A DNA stretch of 64,000 bases from Thermodesulfovibrionales bacterium (GTDB taxonomy: Bacteria > Nitrospirota > Thermodesulfovibrionia > Thermodesulfovibrionales > SM23-35), in NCBI GenBank assembly GCA_963727725.1, contig CAVSHJ010000027.1, positions 10,755-74,754 of the forward strand. Reading direction: 5' to 3'. Under the pieces are notes generated by a model. The model searched no databases. It had not been told where the DNA came from and saw nothing but the letters and a program-made list of their open reading frames with translations. Shown piece after piece: positions 27,174-36,409 of the stretch; the stretch's first letter is position 1, and every line of letters starts with the position of its first letter. The translations under genes and the position numbers were made by a program.

Positions 27174-29120
27174 ATGAAAAATGTATTAAAGATTCTTTCC
27201 GTGGTATTCATAACAGCTGTTTTTTCGACCTGCGCATCTGAGCCGTCGGTTAAGAGAGGGTTTGAGGCCAAACCTTGCCTTGACTGCCACAAAGCTACTT
27301 TGAGCGAGTTCCGGAAGAAATATGTCCATTCACCGATGGCCGAAAGGGACTGTGAAGCCTGCCATCTGCGTCATGGAAAGATTGCCGTGCTGACGCTCAG
27401 GGAAAAGGAAGAAAGAAAACTCTGTTATACCTGCCACAAGCAGATGTCTCTTAATATGGAAAAGACTGCCAACGTGCATAGCGCCTTGAAACAGGGGAAG
27501 TGTCTCCCCTGCCATAATCCCCATTCATCGGACAACAAAGCGCTTCAGAAAAAGACCGGAAGTGAGCAGTGCTTCACCTGTCACGCCCAGACCCAGTTCA
27601 CTCGCGCCAGGCGCCATAAGCCGCTGTCGGATGGCTGTCTAACCTGTCACAGTGCGCACGGGTCGCAATACAAGGACAACCTTATAGAGGATGAAACCGA
27701 ACTCTGTCAGTCATGCCACAGTTTCACATCCGACAAATTCAGAAAAGCGCATAAAGACTATCCTGTTCAGAAGGGGAAATGCACCGGATGTCACACGCCC
27801 CATAGTTCAACTAATGAGAGACTCCTCAGGGAGTCGGTGCACGCCCCTCTGAAACTCGGCCAATGCTCCGCGTGCCATAACGCATTGAGTGATCCGAATC
27901 CTCTCGGTGTTATTGCGCGCGACGGAAAGCTCTGCTTCACCTGCCACAAGAAAGAGGAAAAGGAATTTCAGGAAAAACACAGACATCGTCCCGCCGAAGA
28001 AGGGAAATGTCAGAGCTGTCATAATCCCCATGCAAGCGATTATCCGGGGGTAACGCTTATGGATAAGAATCAACTTTGCCTGAACTGCCACAAGAAAAAA
28101 GCGGATTTATTAAAGGTAAACGTCTTGCATGCGCCGATCAAGGATAAAGGCTGCGTTTCCTGCCACAATCCTCATGCATCTCAAAATCCCTTTTTCCTCA
28201 AGGCACCGGAGAAACAGCTATGTTTTACCTGCCACGCGAAGACGGAAAAGGAACTGAAGGAAACGTCTCTGCATATGCCTTTTTCAAAGATTGAATGCGA
28301 CAAATGTCACGATTCTCACGGCAGTAATAATCCGTTCATGATGAAGGTTTCCCTCTCTGATTTATGCTATTCATGCCACAAGAAGGAAGAAAAGGATTTC
28401 TTTAAGACCTACATTCATACTCCGGTGAATGAGAGAAAGTGCCTTTCCTGTCATAAAGCGCACTCCTCTTCGTACAAAAACCTGCTGAATAATCAGCCGG
28501 ATCAACTCTGTATGAGCTGCCACGGCAACATGGCGGCTGAAATGAAGGACGAGGCCCTCCATGGCCCTTTTAAAGACAAGAAATGCGGAAGCTGTCACAG
28601 CCCTCATGCGAGTGAATACGCCGGACATTCGCTTGCGCCGATGCCCGGACTGTGTTACCGGTGCCATAAGAAGATGGAGAGGGATATAAAAGAGAGCAAA
28701 AGGAGACATCTCCCCGTGGAAGAAGGCAAATGCACAGGCTGTCACAGCCCCCACGGAACAAAGATCGGCAAGCTGCTTTTGAACAGGCCTAAAGAACTCT
28801 GTCTGTCGTGTCATGAAAAAATAGTTACTACCACCGCGAGAAAAGGGCATGTCGATATGGAGAAAGGTGACTGCCTGAGTTGCCATTTCTCCCATTTCTC
28901 GCAATCTCAATATTTACTGAGAGCTTCAGACCCTGCAGTATGCGTGAAGTGTCATTCTGTTGACACCCGGGAACTGCTGAAGGCCCATATAATGCCGCTG
29001 GCCAGAATCAACCGCTGTCTCAGTTGTCACGAGCCGCATGTTACCGAAAAGCCCGGCCTGATAAAGAGAATAAAACATGCCCCGTTTTCGAGGGGAGACT
29101 GCAGGGCTTGCCATGAATAA
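27174..29120 (+). CDS. 26-haem c-type cytochrome, probable lipoprotein
   Basis: I count 26 CxxCH motifs in 648 aa, arranged as a dihaem unit of about 48 aa repeated about 13 times (KGKCxxCHNPHxS…LCxxCHKK). Signal peptide with Cys (VFSTC). Confidence 0.85.
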   Translation: MKNVLKILSVVFITAVFSTCASEPSVKRGFEAKPCLDCHKATLSEFRKKYVHSPMAERDCEACHLRHGKIAVLTLREKEERKLCYTCHKQMSLNMEKTANVHSALKQGKCLPCHNPHSSDNKALQKKTGSEQCFTCHAQTQFTRARRHKPLSDGCLTCHSAHGSQYKDNLIEDETELCQSCHSFTSDKFRKAHKDYPVQKGKCTGCHTPHSSTNERLLRESVHAPLKLGQCSACHNALSDPNPLGVIARDGKLCFTCHKKEEKEFQEKHRHRPAEEGKCQSCHNPHASDYPGVTLMDKNQLCLNCHKKKADLLKVNVLHAPIKDKGCVSCHNPHASQNPFFLKAPEKQLCFTCHAKTEKELKETSLHMPFSKIECDKCHDSHGSNNPFMMKVSLSDLCYSCHKKEEKDFFKTYIHTPVNERKCLSCHKAHSSSYKNLLNNQPDQLCMSCHGNMAAEMKDEALHGPFKDKKCGSCHSPHASEYAGHSLAPMPGLCYRCHKKMERDIKESKRRHLPVEEGKCTGCHSPHGTKIGKLLLNRPKELCLSCHEKIVTTTARKGHVDMEKGDCLSCHFSHFSQSQYLLRASDPAVCVKCHSVDTRELLKAHIMPLARINRCLSCHEPHVTEKPGLIKRIKHAPFSRGDCRACHE

Positions 29121-30477
29121 GCAAAGGGCAGAGCGTAATCCGCCTCAGGCGGAGCAATCCGCCTCAGGCGGAGCGAACAGCCAACAGCCACGGGCTAATC
29201 CCCCCAGCCCCCCTTTAATAAAAGGGGGCAGTAAGGGGGGATTATTGCTCTATACTCTCTGCGCCGTGCTTATTTTTATCTATTGTAGTTCTGCTCATGC
29301 GCAGGGAGAGCTCAGGGAAAAGATTCCCGACCTCTGTTATCGATGCCATGTCAAACTCAAAGAAAGCCTTAAACGAAGCCAGGTACATTTTCCTTTCAAG
29401 GAGGGCAAATGTCTCTCCTGCCATGATTCTCATGCGAGCAACATGAAGAAGATGATAAGAGAGGAGATTAACCCTTTATGTCTCGGCTGCCATGACGGGA
29501 TTAAGAGACTCCTCGCGAAGAACGTAGTTCATCCCGCACTGAAGAGAGGAGTTTGCACAGATTGTCACAATGCACACAGCGGAGAGAACAAGCATTTGCT
29601 GGTAAAGGCCGAGAAGGACCTCTGCTGGGATTGCCACGGTCCTTTGAAAGAGCAGTTAAAGAAAACTTATGTTCATACGCCTTTCAGAAACGGCGAATGC
29701 TCGTCCTGTCACGACCCTCATGCATCCCCGGAAGAATACCAGATACGTGCGGGCGCCAATAAATTGTGTAAGAACTGCCATGCGGCAAAGTGTAAAGTGG
29801 GCGGTGTTTCGATAAGCTCGACAACGGAAAAAATGGACTGCGACACATGCCATGGCGGACATGCTTCAGACAGCAAGGGTCTTCTGGGACCATACGGACA
29901 CTCCGCCTTTCTGGAGGAGAAGTGCGATCAATGTCATAATCCGATTGTGGCAGACAAGAAAATAACCACGCGGATATCCGGCAAGGATCTTTGTTTCAGC
30001 TGCCACAAGAAGGAGTCCGTGAAACTCAGGGAAAACGATGTTCATTTGAATGATTCAAAGGGCGCGTGCGGCATGTGCCACAGTTATCATGCATCAAAGA
30101 AAAAAAGTCTGACCGTGAAAGAATCGCAGGTCTGTTTTTCCTGTCACGAAAATACGGAGAAGAGGACAGCCTTGATGGAGAAGGCCTTGAAATCTATCCG
30201 GTGTGTGCCTGTGAAAGACAGGAAGTGTTTCGAATGCCATATACCGCCCCACTCAGACAAGCCGCTCTATTTCAAGGCTGACAGCATACAGACTTGTGCA
30301 AACTGCCATACGCAGCAGCATAAGGTCGCGCACCCGGTCGGACAGAATGTGAAAGATCCCCGCAATGGCCAGCCGCTCACCTGCATTACCTGCCACAGCA
30401 TGCATAATTCAAAGGACGAATTCATGCTCTATTTTGACAGAAAGAGGCAACTCTGTATCCAGTGTCATAAGAAGTGA
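29077..30477 (+). CDS. 16-haem c-type cytochrome (true start probably near 29240-29250)
   Basis: I count 16 CxxCH motifs. The N-terminal 55 codons or so translate repeats. The signal-like segment LLLYTLCAVLIFIYCSSAHA|QG follows, with a possible TTG start. Confidence 0.8.
   Translation: MPRFRGETAGLAMNKQRAERNPPQAEQSASGGANSQQPRANPPSPPLIKGGSKGGLLLYTLCAVLIFIYCSSAHAQGELREKIPDLCYRCHVKLKESLKRSQVHFPFKEGKCLSCHDSHASNMKKMIREEINPLCLGCHDGIKRLLAKNVVHPALKRGVCTDCHNAHSGENKHLLVKAEKDLCWDCHGPLKEQLKKTYVHTPFRNGECSSCHDPHASPEEYQIRAGANKLCKNCHAAKCKVGGVSISSTTEKMDCDTCHGGHASDSKGLLGPYGHSAFLEEKCDQCHNPIVADKKITTRISGKDLCFSCHKKESVKLRENDVHLNDSKGACGMCHSYHASKKKSLTVKESQVCFSCHENTEKRTALMEKALKSIRCVPVKDRKCFECHIPPHSDKPLYFKADSIQTCANCHTQQHKVAHPVGQNVKDPRNGQPLTCITCHSMHNSKDEFMLYFDRKRQLCIQCHKK
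29137..29244. repeat. Tandem 19-nt AATCCGCCTCAGGCGGAGC x2 plus G/C-run palindrome (TAATCCCCCC…GGGGGGATTA)
   Basis: Direct duplication at 29137-29155 and 29156-29174, and a nested palindrome at 29196-29244. It lies inside the annotated N-terminus of ORF 29077-30477. Confidence 0.8.
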
Positions 30478-30517
30478 CACCATGACACCGGCGGGTGAAT
30501 CATAAAGATGAACGGGG

Positions 30518-31675
30518 ATGTATGGCTCTTGCTCTAGGACAGGGAGGGATATTCTGACATTACGCGGGCAGAAAAGGTCGAAATGGATAACCGTAAAATC
30601 TGTTACCGGGGGGGGCCTTTTACCCTTCTTTCTTTTCACAATAGGAATGGTTTTATACACTACAATTTTACCGTCAGAAGCAAATGTCACAGGCAATTGC
30701 AGCGACTGTCACACTATGCATAACAGCCAGAACGCTGTGAATATGCAAATTTTGGCCCCGGGAGAAACTGATACCGGACCAAAGGGGTTTCTCTTGCGTT
30801 CTACTTGCCTGGGATGCCACGGGCAGGGCACCGGCAATAATCTTGGCGCTCGCAACATACCTCAGGTACTGCATAGCAACGCTACCGATCTCGCCGGCGG
30901 AAATTTCGCTTATATTACGGGAATGAAGACACGGACGAGCGGAGATTCCAATACCGCCGGGCATAATGTTGTTGATCTTGGTTTTAATGAGACTGTATTG
31001 ACTTCTCCCCCGGGAGATGAACATTCAACAAATATCACCAGTTCGAATTTTACCTGTGCCGGGGCTAAGGGTTGTCACGGAGACCGCAGCATCGAGGATA
31101 AATTGATTGCGATGAAAGGAGCGCATCATACAGATGATCATATCCTCAAGTTCGGGACCATAAACGAAAACGATCAGGGCGGCAGCGCAGGCTTGAGCTA
31201 CAGGTTCCTGAGAGGAGTTAAGGGCGGAGAGGACTCACTCTGGGAGGCGGCTCCAGGGCCAGCCGCTCATAACGAATACAAAGGTTCAACATCAATGGGA
31301 ACAAGTTCTGCCACTTCGCCGGCCAATAATACTATCAGCGGGTTATGTGCCGAATGCCACGGATATTTTCATGGGACTTCATCAAACGAGGTTGGAAGTC
31401 AGGACCCATGGCTGAGACATCCGACTGACATTGCTTTGCCTTCGAGCGGTGAATATATGCCCTATACGACATATAACCTCACGGCTCCCGTTGCGAGGAC
31501 ATCTATACCTGACAGCCCGGGTAATACAGTCTCATCATCTGACGTTGTGATGTGTCTCTCATGCCACAGGGCGCATGCTTCGCCGTATTACAAGTCAATG
31601 CGATGGGATTATAAGAATTGGCCCGGAAACGGTCAGATAAATGGATGCAATGTATGCCATACCGGTAAGAATTAA
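30518..31675 (+). CDS. OmcS-like six-haem c-type cytochrome, paralog 4
   Basis: Haem motifs CSDCHTMHNS, CLGCH, CAGAKGCH, CAECHGYFH, CLSCHRAHASPY, CNVCHTGKN, plus AGGNFAYI, GHNV, SYRFL, HNEY, WLRHPTDIALP, MRWDY. The 5' end contains a G8 tract (30608-30615), so the start is ambiguous. Confidence 0.8.
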   Translation: MYGSCSRTGRDILTLRGQKRSKWITVKSVTGGGLLPFFLFTIGMVLYTTILPSEANVTGNCSDCHTMHNSQNAVNMQILAPGETDTGPKGFLLRSTCLGCHGQGTGNNLGARNIPQVLHSNATDLAGGNFAYITGMKTRTSGDSNTAGHNVVDLGFNETVLTSPPGDEHSTNITSSNFTCAGAKGCHGDRSIEDKLIAMKGAHHTDDHILKFGTINENDQGGSAGLSYRFLRGVKGGEDSLWEAAPGPAAHNEYKGSTSMGTSSATSPANNTISGLCAECHGYFHGTSSNEVGSQDPWLRHPTDIALPSSGEYMPYTTYNLTAPVARTSIPDSPGNTVSSSDVVMCLSCHRAHASPYYKSMRWDYKNWPGNGQINGCNVCHTGKN

Positions 31676-31720
31676 CAACAAGAAAAGAGCATGGGGCACA
31701 GAGTCTAACAGAGAATTACA

Positions 31721-33025
31721 ATGTTCAGATTTGAAATTTTGATAATTTTGGGAAAACAGCGATTAGTTTGTCGTCTGTTTTTCGTGCTTTGCACTTTGCT
31801 CTTTGCGCTTTGCTCTATATTCTATCCTGACGCCGTGAACTCCGGCCCGTATCTCGACTCTGCCCATGGAAACACGTCATACGGAGTCATGCGTAATGCC
31901 CTGGGGTTTCCTTCAGATTATTCAAAGGGCAATTGTGCCCATTGCCATGAGCAGCATGCGTCAGTTGGCGGCAACGAACCTTCTCCGCAAGGGGGCAGCG
32001 TATCCGGATATGCTCTTTTTGCGGATAATTTTACAAGTCAATCTGAAGATTTTTGCTACTATTGTCATAAGGGAACGGGTTCGTTGCAATTGTCTTTCAG
32101 TCACATAAATTATGATTACAGTTACTGGTTTGGCGGAGACACTTTCAATCATACCCAACCGAATAGCGTCTTCGATGCTTTTAATCCGACTTTCGGTGAA
32201 AATCCTTCTTACCACAACCTGCAGGACGTATTGGACTTCGTCAAAATGAAATGGCCCGAGACCTTCAGGAATGAATCAAACCCCTGCAGTGCCTGTCATA
32301 ATCCACACCTTTCCACGCGCAGTTATCCGATAGTGAAGCCGAGTGATCGCAACAATATCTGGGGAAATGAAGCGGGCGAAAGAATGAGTGATTTTGCAGC
32401 GGCTCATGGCGGCAAATACCATGCGCCGTACCGCTATAATTCGACTTCAGCATATGAACCTGACGGTTCGTTTGCCACGGACGGTTCCAATATGCCCGAT
32501 TATGTGACATTCTGTTCCGACTGTCATAATGATACGAACGTTATCTATAGTACGACGCTCGGCAGAAACCTCGAGAAGATAGGCTGGGCGCAAGAGTCGC
32601 GCACATATGGCGCAGTTGCCGATTATCACGGGTCAGTGGCACGCTGTTTCGGCGTAGACGGGAATGTTGATCAGGGTTGCGGATGCAGCGAAGCGAATTG
32701 CTCAAACTGGGGCAGTTTAAAAGAGCCTTACCATTCCGCAAATTATATGAATTATATTCTGTCCTGCACCGATTGCCATGAACCACACGGGAGCCGTCGT
32801 CAATATCTCTTGCGTACAACGGTCAATGGCAGCTGGAATAATCAGGTGCCGCCCGGACCACCCACACCTTCATGGGAGCGACAATTCTGTCTGAGCTGCC
32901 ATACTCACAACGCTCACTGCGGCAATCTGTGGAACTGTCTGAACTGCCACTATCACAATTCCTATGCCCGATGCTTTGCATGCACGTGGTGTGCATTCGG
33001 AGGTGTTCACGGACACGCTTTTTAG
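31721..33025 (+). CDS. Seven-CxxCH c-type cytochrome
   Basis: Motifs CAHCH, CYYCH, CSACH, CSDCH, CTDCH, CLSCH, CLNCH. Hydrophobic N-terminal signal or anchor. Confidence 0.75.
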   Translation: MFRFEILIILGKQRLVCRLFFVLCTLLFALCSIFYPDAVNSGPYLDSAHGNTSYGVMRNALGFPSDYSKGNCAHCHEQHASVGGNEPSPQGGSVSGYALFADNFTSQSEDFCYYCHKGTGSLQLSFSHINYDYSYWFGGDTFNHTQPNSVFDAFNPTFGENPSYHNLQDVLDFVKMKWPETFRNESNPCSACHNPHLSTRSYPIVKPSDRNNIWGNEAGERMSDFAAAHGGKYHAPYRYNSTSAYEPDGSFATDGSNMPDYVTFCSDCHNDTNVIYSTTLGRNLEKIGWAQESRTYGAVADYHGSVARCFGVDGNVDQGCGCSEANCSNWGSLKEPYHSANYMNYILSCTDCHEPHGSRRQYLLRTTVNGSWNNQVPPGPPTPSWERQFCLSCHTHNAHCGNLWNCLNCHYHNSYARCFACTWCAFGGVHGHAF

Positions 33026-33128
33026 GTGCGTATCTTTCAACTTCAGGGAGCGGGTTCCGGCAGATCAAACAGCTCCAGAGGAGATCTATTGACCTCAAAG
33101 TCCGATATTCTGTTGAGGGCCATAGCTT

Positions 33129-33842
33129 TCATTCGTCTTCATCCTCACGGTGGAGCATAAGAATAAACTCCCTCAGTTTTTCTTCTCCCTCTCCTGACAT
33201 GTCCATAAACTCAATCCCCATGTCGAAGTGTCCGTGTTCTATGTCTTTTATTAAGCGACAGGAAGCTACCCTTCCCATAAACCCTACTGCGCCATATTCA
33301 GGGAGTGTTATCTCCATGGGTAATATGCTTTCGATATTCAGTGGATGATCGCTTTCTATCAGCATCCCGCTTAAACTGAGAATTTTCGCCCTGTAACTTT
33401 CGGAAAAATTCAGGCTGGACTTTTCCGGGTCATTGATATGCACCCGTACGTTGTGTCTGAGACCACTCCTTCCGGACAGGTCTACACTTTCGTAAACTTT
33501 TTGTTTATTGGTTTCTATGAAATTAATAATCTCACTGGACTTCTCGCCTGAGACGTCTGTGAATTTCATGCCCGCAGTATAAACCGGAACGATATCGCCG
33601 CCCGGAACCTCTCTGGTTTCGCTTAATACGGACCACACGATAGTTCCCGTCACGGTTAAAACGTTTTCTTCGTCTTCCAGTTTAAGCGTATATTTATTGC
33701 CTATGTTCAGTCTCCTGTCTGCTTTCAGCGAAACACCGCCGGCGCTTATGTCAAGAATTGTCACATTGTCGGCAAATACCATCCTGCCGTTAATTTCCAT
33801 GACATCAACTCTGAATCTCCTGTATCGCCTTTTTTCTTCCAC
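33129..33842 (-). CDS. Tandem PilZ-domain protein (c-di-GMP receptor candidate)
   Basis: The N-terminal domain has RRYRRFR and DISAGG, the canonical RxxxR / DxSxxG motifs. The second domain is degenerate. Confidence 0.75.
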   Translation of the reverse strand: MEEKRRYRRFRVDVMEINGRMVFADNVTILDISAGGVSLKADRRLNIGNKYTLKLEDEENVLTVTGTIVWSVLSETREVPGGDIVPVYTAGMKFTDVSGEKSSEIINFIETNKQKVYESVDLSGRSGLRHNVRVHINDPEKSSLNFSESYRAKILSLSGMLIESDHPLNIESILPMEITLPEYGAVGFMGRVASCRLIKDIEHGHFDMGIEFMDMSGEGEEKLREFILMLHREDEDE

Positions 33843-34076
33843 ACTGTCCTTTCAAATTATGAGAACCAAAAAGGTTCTTCAGATACTTCCGTGTTACCCG
33901 TTACTTCCTCTCACCTCAAGGGAGAGAGGACTATTTTAAGCACACAATCCCGAGAAGAGGCCCCGAAACAACATGAAGGCAGCACAATAGCACAATAATA
34001 CATTTACCTGTTTTTCATTATACTATGAAGACGCTGCGTCCGCAATTGACCGATAATTGATGTGACGGATAGAGGG

Positions 34077-35183
34077 TTACAACTTTTTTTCATAAATCCT
34101 GTATTTCTTGTATAGCCTGCCTCCTATCATCTCAACGAGCCTCTGGACGGGGATATTGTCCTCAAGTATCCACGAAAATTCGACCCTTTTATAACCGCCC
34201 TTTCTGACTCCTTTGAATCCTTCGCGAAAGAGGAGGGCGTCGACACCTTTATTCCTGAATTCCGCCTTAATACCGAGCAGGAGAAGCCTCAGGTCCTCTA
34301 TTTTCTTTGAATAATAGAGGGCTTTCATTATACTTACCGGGCCCATTTTTCCCTTCATATGTTTGAGTACGAAATTGAAATCCGGCAGTAAACCCATGAA
34401 TCCGACAGGTTCGTTTTCTCTCTCCGCAATGATCGTCAACTCAGGCACGATGACAGGTTTTAGATTGTTTCCGAGGTGGACAAGTTCCTCGTCGGTCAGG
34501 GGTATAAAACCCCAGTTGTTTTCCCATGCGGAATTATAAACTACCTTGAAGATATTCATCTCCTGTTTGAAATATTTTTTGTTCAAAGGTCTCACCCGTA
34601 TGCCGCTCTTTGCTGCAATATCGGCGACTCTGATGATCTTTCTCGGAAGTTCTTCAGGTATATCGAGTATATATGCGTAAAGGTCCTTCGATTTCTTCAA
34701 TCCGCATTTCTCCATAAGGTCATGGTAATAGGGAGGGTTGTAAGGCGTCATGAGCATGGGGGGACTGTCAAACCCTTCCATAAGAAAACCGCACTCTTCG
34801 TTCGTAGAGAAGTTCATCGGGCCGCGCAGTATCTGCATCCCCTCTTCTCTGAGTAAACCGGCCACTTTGTCAAGCAGGGCCGAAGCGACTTCCTTATCAT
34901 GCAAAGATTCGAAGAATCCGAAAAAGCCGGCCTGTTCTTTATGGAACTCGATATGTCTCCGGTTGATGATTGCGACTATCCTGCCTGCGGCTCTCCCCTC
35001 CCTTCTTGCGATAAAGGACCTTGCGGTCGCGTGGAGAAAAAAAGGGTTCTTCCCGGAAAAATGCGTCCGCATCTCCTTTATCAGAGGGGGGACATAATTG
35101 GGGTCTTTTGAATAAAGGGTAAAGGGGAATTTTATGAAGTCATCGAGGTCTTTTTTGGATTCAACCTCAATGACTTCAATCAT
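34077..35183 (-). CDS. GNAT-like N-acyltransferase family protein (possible bacterial ceramide-synthase-like)
   Basis: 368 aa. Its start overlaps the stop of the upstream alpha-oxoamine synthase gene (ATGA). The family assignment comes from general sequence appearance only. Confidence 0.45.
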   Translation of the reverse strand: MIEVIEVESKKDLDDFIKFPFTLYSKDPNYVPPLIKEMRTHFSGKNPFFLHATARSFIARREGRAAGRIVAIINRRHIEFHKEQAGFFGFFESLHDKEVASALLDKVAGLLREEGMQILRGPMNFSTNEECGFLMEGFDSPPMLMTPYNPPYYHDLMEKCGLKKSKDLYAYILDIPEELPRKIIRVADIAAKSGIRVRPLNKKYFKQEMNIFKVVYNSAWENNWGFIPLTDEELVHLGNNLKPVIVPELTIIAERENEPVGFMGLLPDFNFVLKHMKGKMGPVSIMKALYYSKKIEDLRLLLLGIKAEFRNKGVDALLFREGFKGVRKGGYKRVEFSWILEDNIPVQRLVEMIGGRLYKKYRIYEKKL

Positions 35184-36409
35184 TGTATAAGGCCTAACTT
35201 TCTGCCTGTCTTCTCAAATGCTTTCAGCACCAGGTCGAGATGCTCGTCCGTGTGTGTTGCCATGTAGCTGGTTCTTATGAGGGCCATGCCGCTAGGCACC
35301 GCCGGTGTCACTGCAACATTTGCGAACACCCCTTCTTCCTGCAGCATCATTCCCATAATGAATGCCTTTTCGTCTTCCCCGACCATGACTGGAATGACCG
35401 GTGTCTGGCTGCGCCCTACCTGAAAGCCCAGGCTCTTGAACCCGTTCAGCATTTTTGCGGTATTTTTCCATAACTGCTCTCTTCTTTCCGGTTCATTTTC
35501 GATAATATCGATTGCGGCGCTCACGGAAGCAACTGATGCGGGAGGAGGACTTGCACTGAAGATCAAAGGTCTTGCAACGTGCTTTATGTAATGGATCACG
35601 TCTGCTGATCCTGAAATAAAGCCCCCGATAGATGCGAGGGATTTGCTGTATGTTCCCATAACAAGGTCAACCTCGTCTTCGAGGCCGAAATGCTCTGCTG
35701 TGCCTCTCCCTGTCTTTCCCAGGACTCCGATGCCGTGAGCATCGTCAACCATGAGGCGCGCACCGTATTTCTTCGACAGGGTAACGATCTTCGGAAGATT
35801 TGCGATATCTCCCTCCATACTGAAAACCCCGTCCACAACGATCAGCTTGTCCGTGTCTTCGTATTCTTTCAGTACCCGTTCAAGTTCCGACATGTCGTTA
35901 TGCCTGAACTTCCTTATCCCACCGAAGGAGAGCCTGCATCCGTCGATAATGCTCGCATGGTCCATCTTGTCGATTATGACAACGTCGTCCTTGCCCACGA
36001 GGGCCGAGATTACGCCAAGGTTTACCTGGAATCCCGTAGAGAAGATGAGCGCGGCCTCTTTCCTCATGAAACGGGCGAGCTTTTCTTCCAGCTGGACATG
36101 TATATCCAGTGTACCGTTGAGAAAGCGGGAACCGGCGCATCCCGTGCCGTATTTTCTTATGGCATCGATCGCAGCTTCTTTGACCTTTGGGTGATTCGTG
36201 AGTCCGAGATAGTTGTTTGATCCCACCATGATCATCTTTCTGCCGTTCATGATGACCTCGGGGTCCTGCGCACTCTCAATCGTCCTGAAATAAGGATAAA
36301 GCCCCTGCGAGATGAGGGACTTAGCCTTGTCAAAACTAAAACACTTGTTGAATATGTCTGTTGATTTCTTTACAGCCATCTGTGAATCGTGTACCAATCC
36401 GCTGTCCAT
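35180..36409 (-). CDS. PLP-dependent alpha-oxoamine synthase, serine-palmitoyltransferase-like
   Basis: [34 protein letters not shown] and the GTYSKS (PLP lysine) motif. The GSRxLNGT block resembles SPT more than BioF or Kbl. An alternative start is at 36379. Confidence 0.65.
   Translation of the reverse strand: MDSGLVHDSQMAVKKSTDIFNKCFSFDKAKSLISQGLYPYFRTIESAQDPEVIMNGRKMIMVGSNNYLGLTNHPKVKEAAIDAIRKYGTGCAGSRFLNGTLDIHVQLEEKLARFMRKEAALIFSTGFQVNLGVISALVGKDDVVIIDKMDHASIIDGCRLSFGGIRKFRHNDMSELERVLKEYEDTDKLIVVDGVFSMEGDIANLPKIVTLSKKYGARLMVDDAHGIGVLGKTGRGTAEHFGLEDEVDLVMGTYSKSLASIGGFISGSADVIHYIKHVARPLIFSASPPPASVASVSAAIDIIENEPERREQLWKNTAKMLNGFKSLGFQVGRSQTPVIPVMVGEDEKAFIMGMMLQEEGVFANVAVTPAVPSGMALIRTSYMATHTDEHLDLVLKAFEKTGRKLGLIQ

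Noticed and set aside
29137-29174. Tandem 19-nt direct repeat, considered as a possible CRISPR fragment
   Set aside because: There are only two abutting copies with no spacers, the unit is a hairpin module found scattered elsewhere, and no cas genes are present. It is not a CRISPR array.
14373-33025. Interpretation of the locus as a Geobacter/Shewanella-type porin-cytochrome conduit (MtrABC/PccF-like) or as a magnetosome-related cytochrome set
   Set aside because: The barrel (about 765 aa) is much larger than MtrB-type porins and is not flanked by a decahaem pair. It is accompanied instead by propellers, ring-type lipoproteins and a PPIase, together with OmcS-like subunits. I saw no mam/mms-type genes or magnetochrome-style short dihaem proteins.
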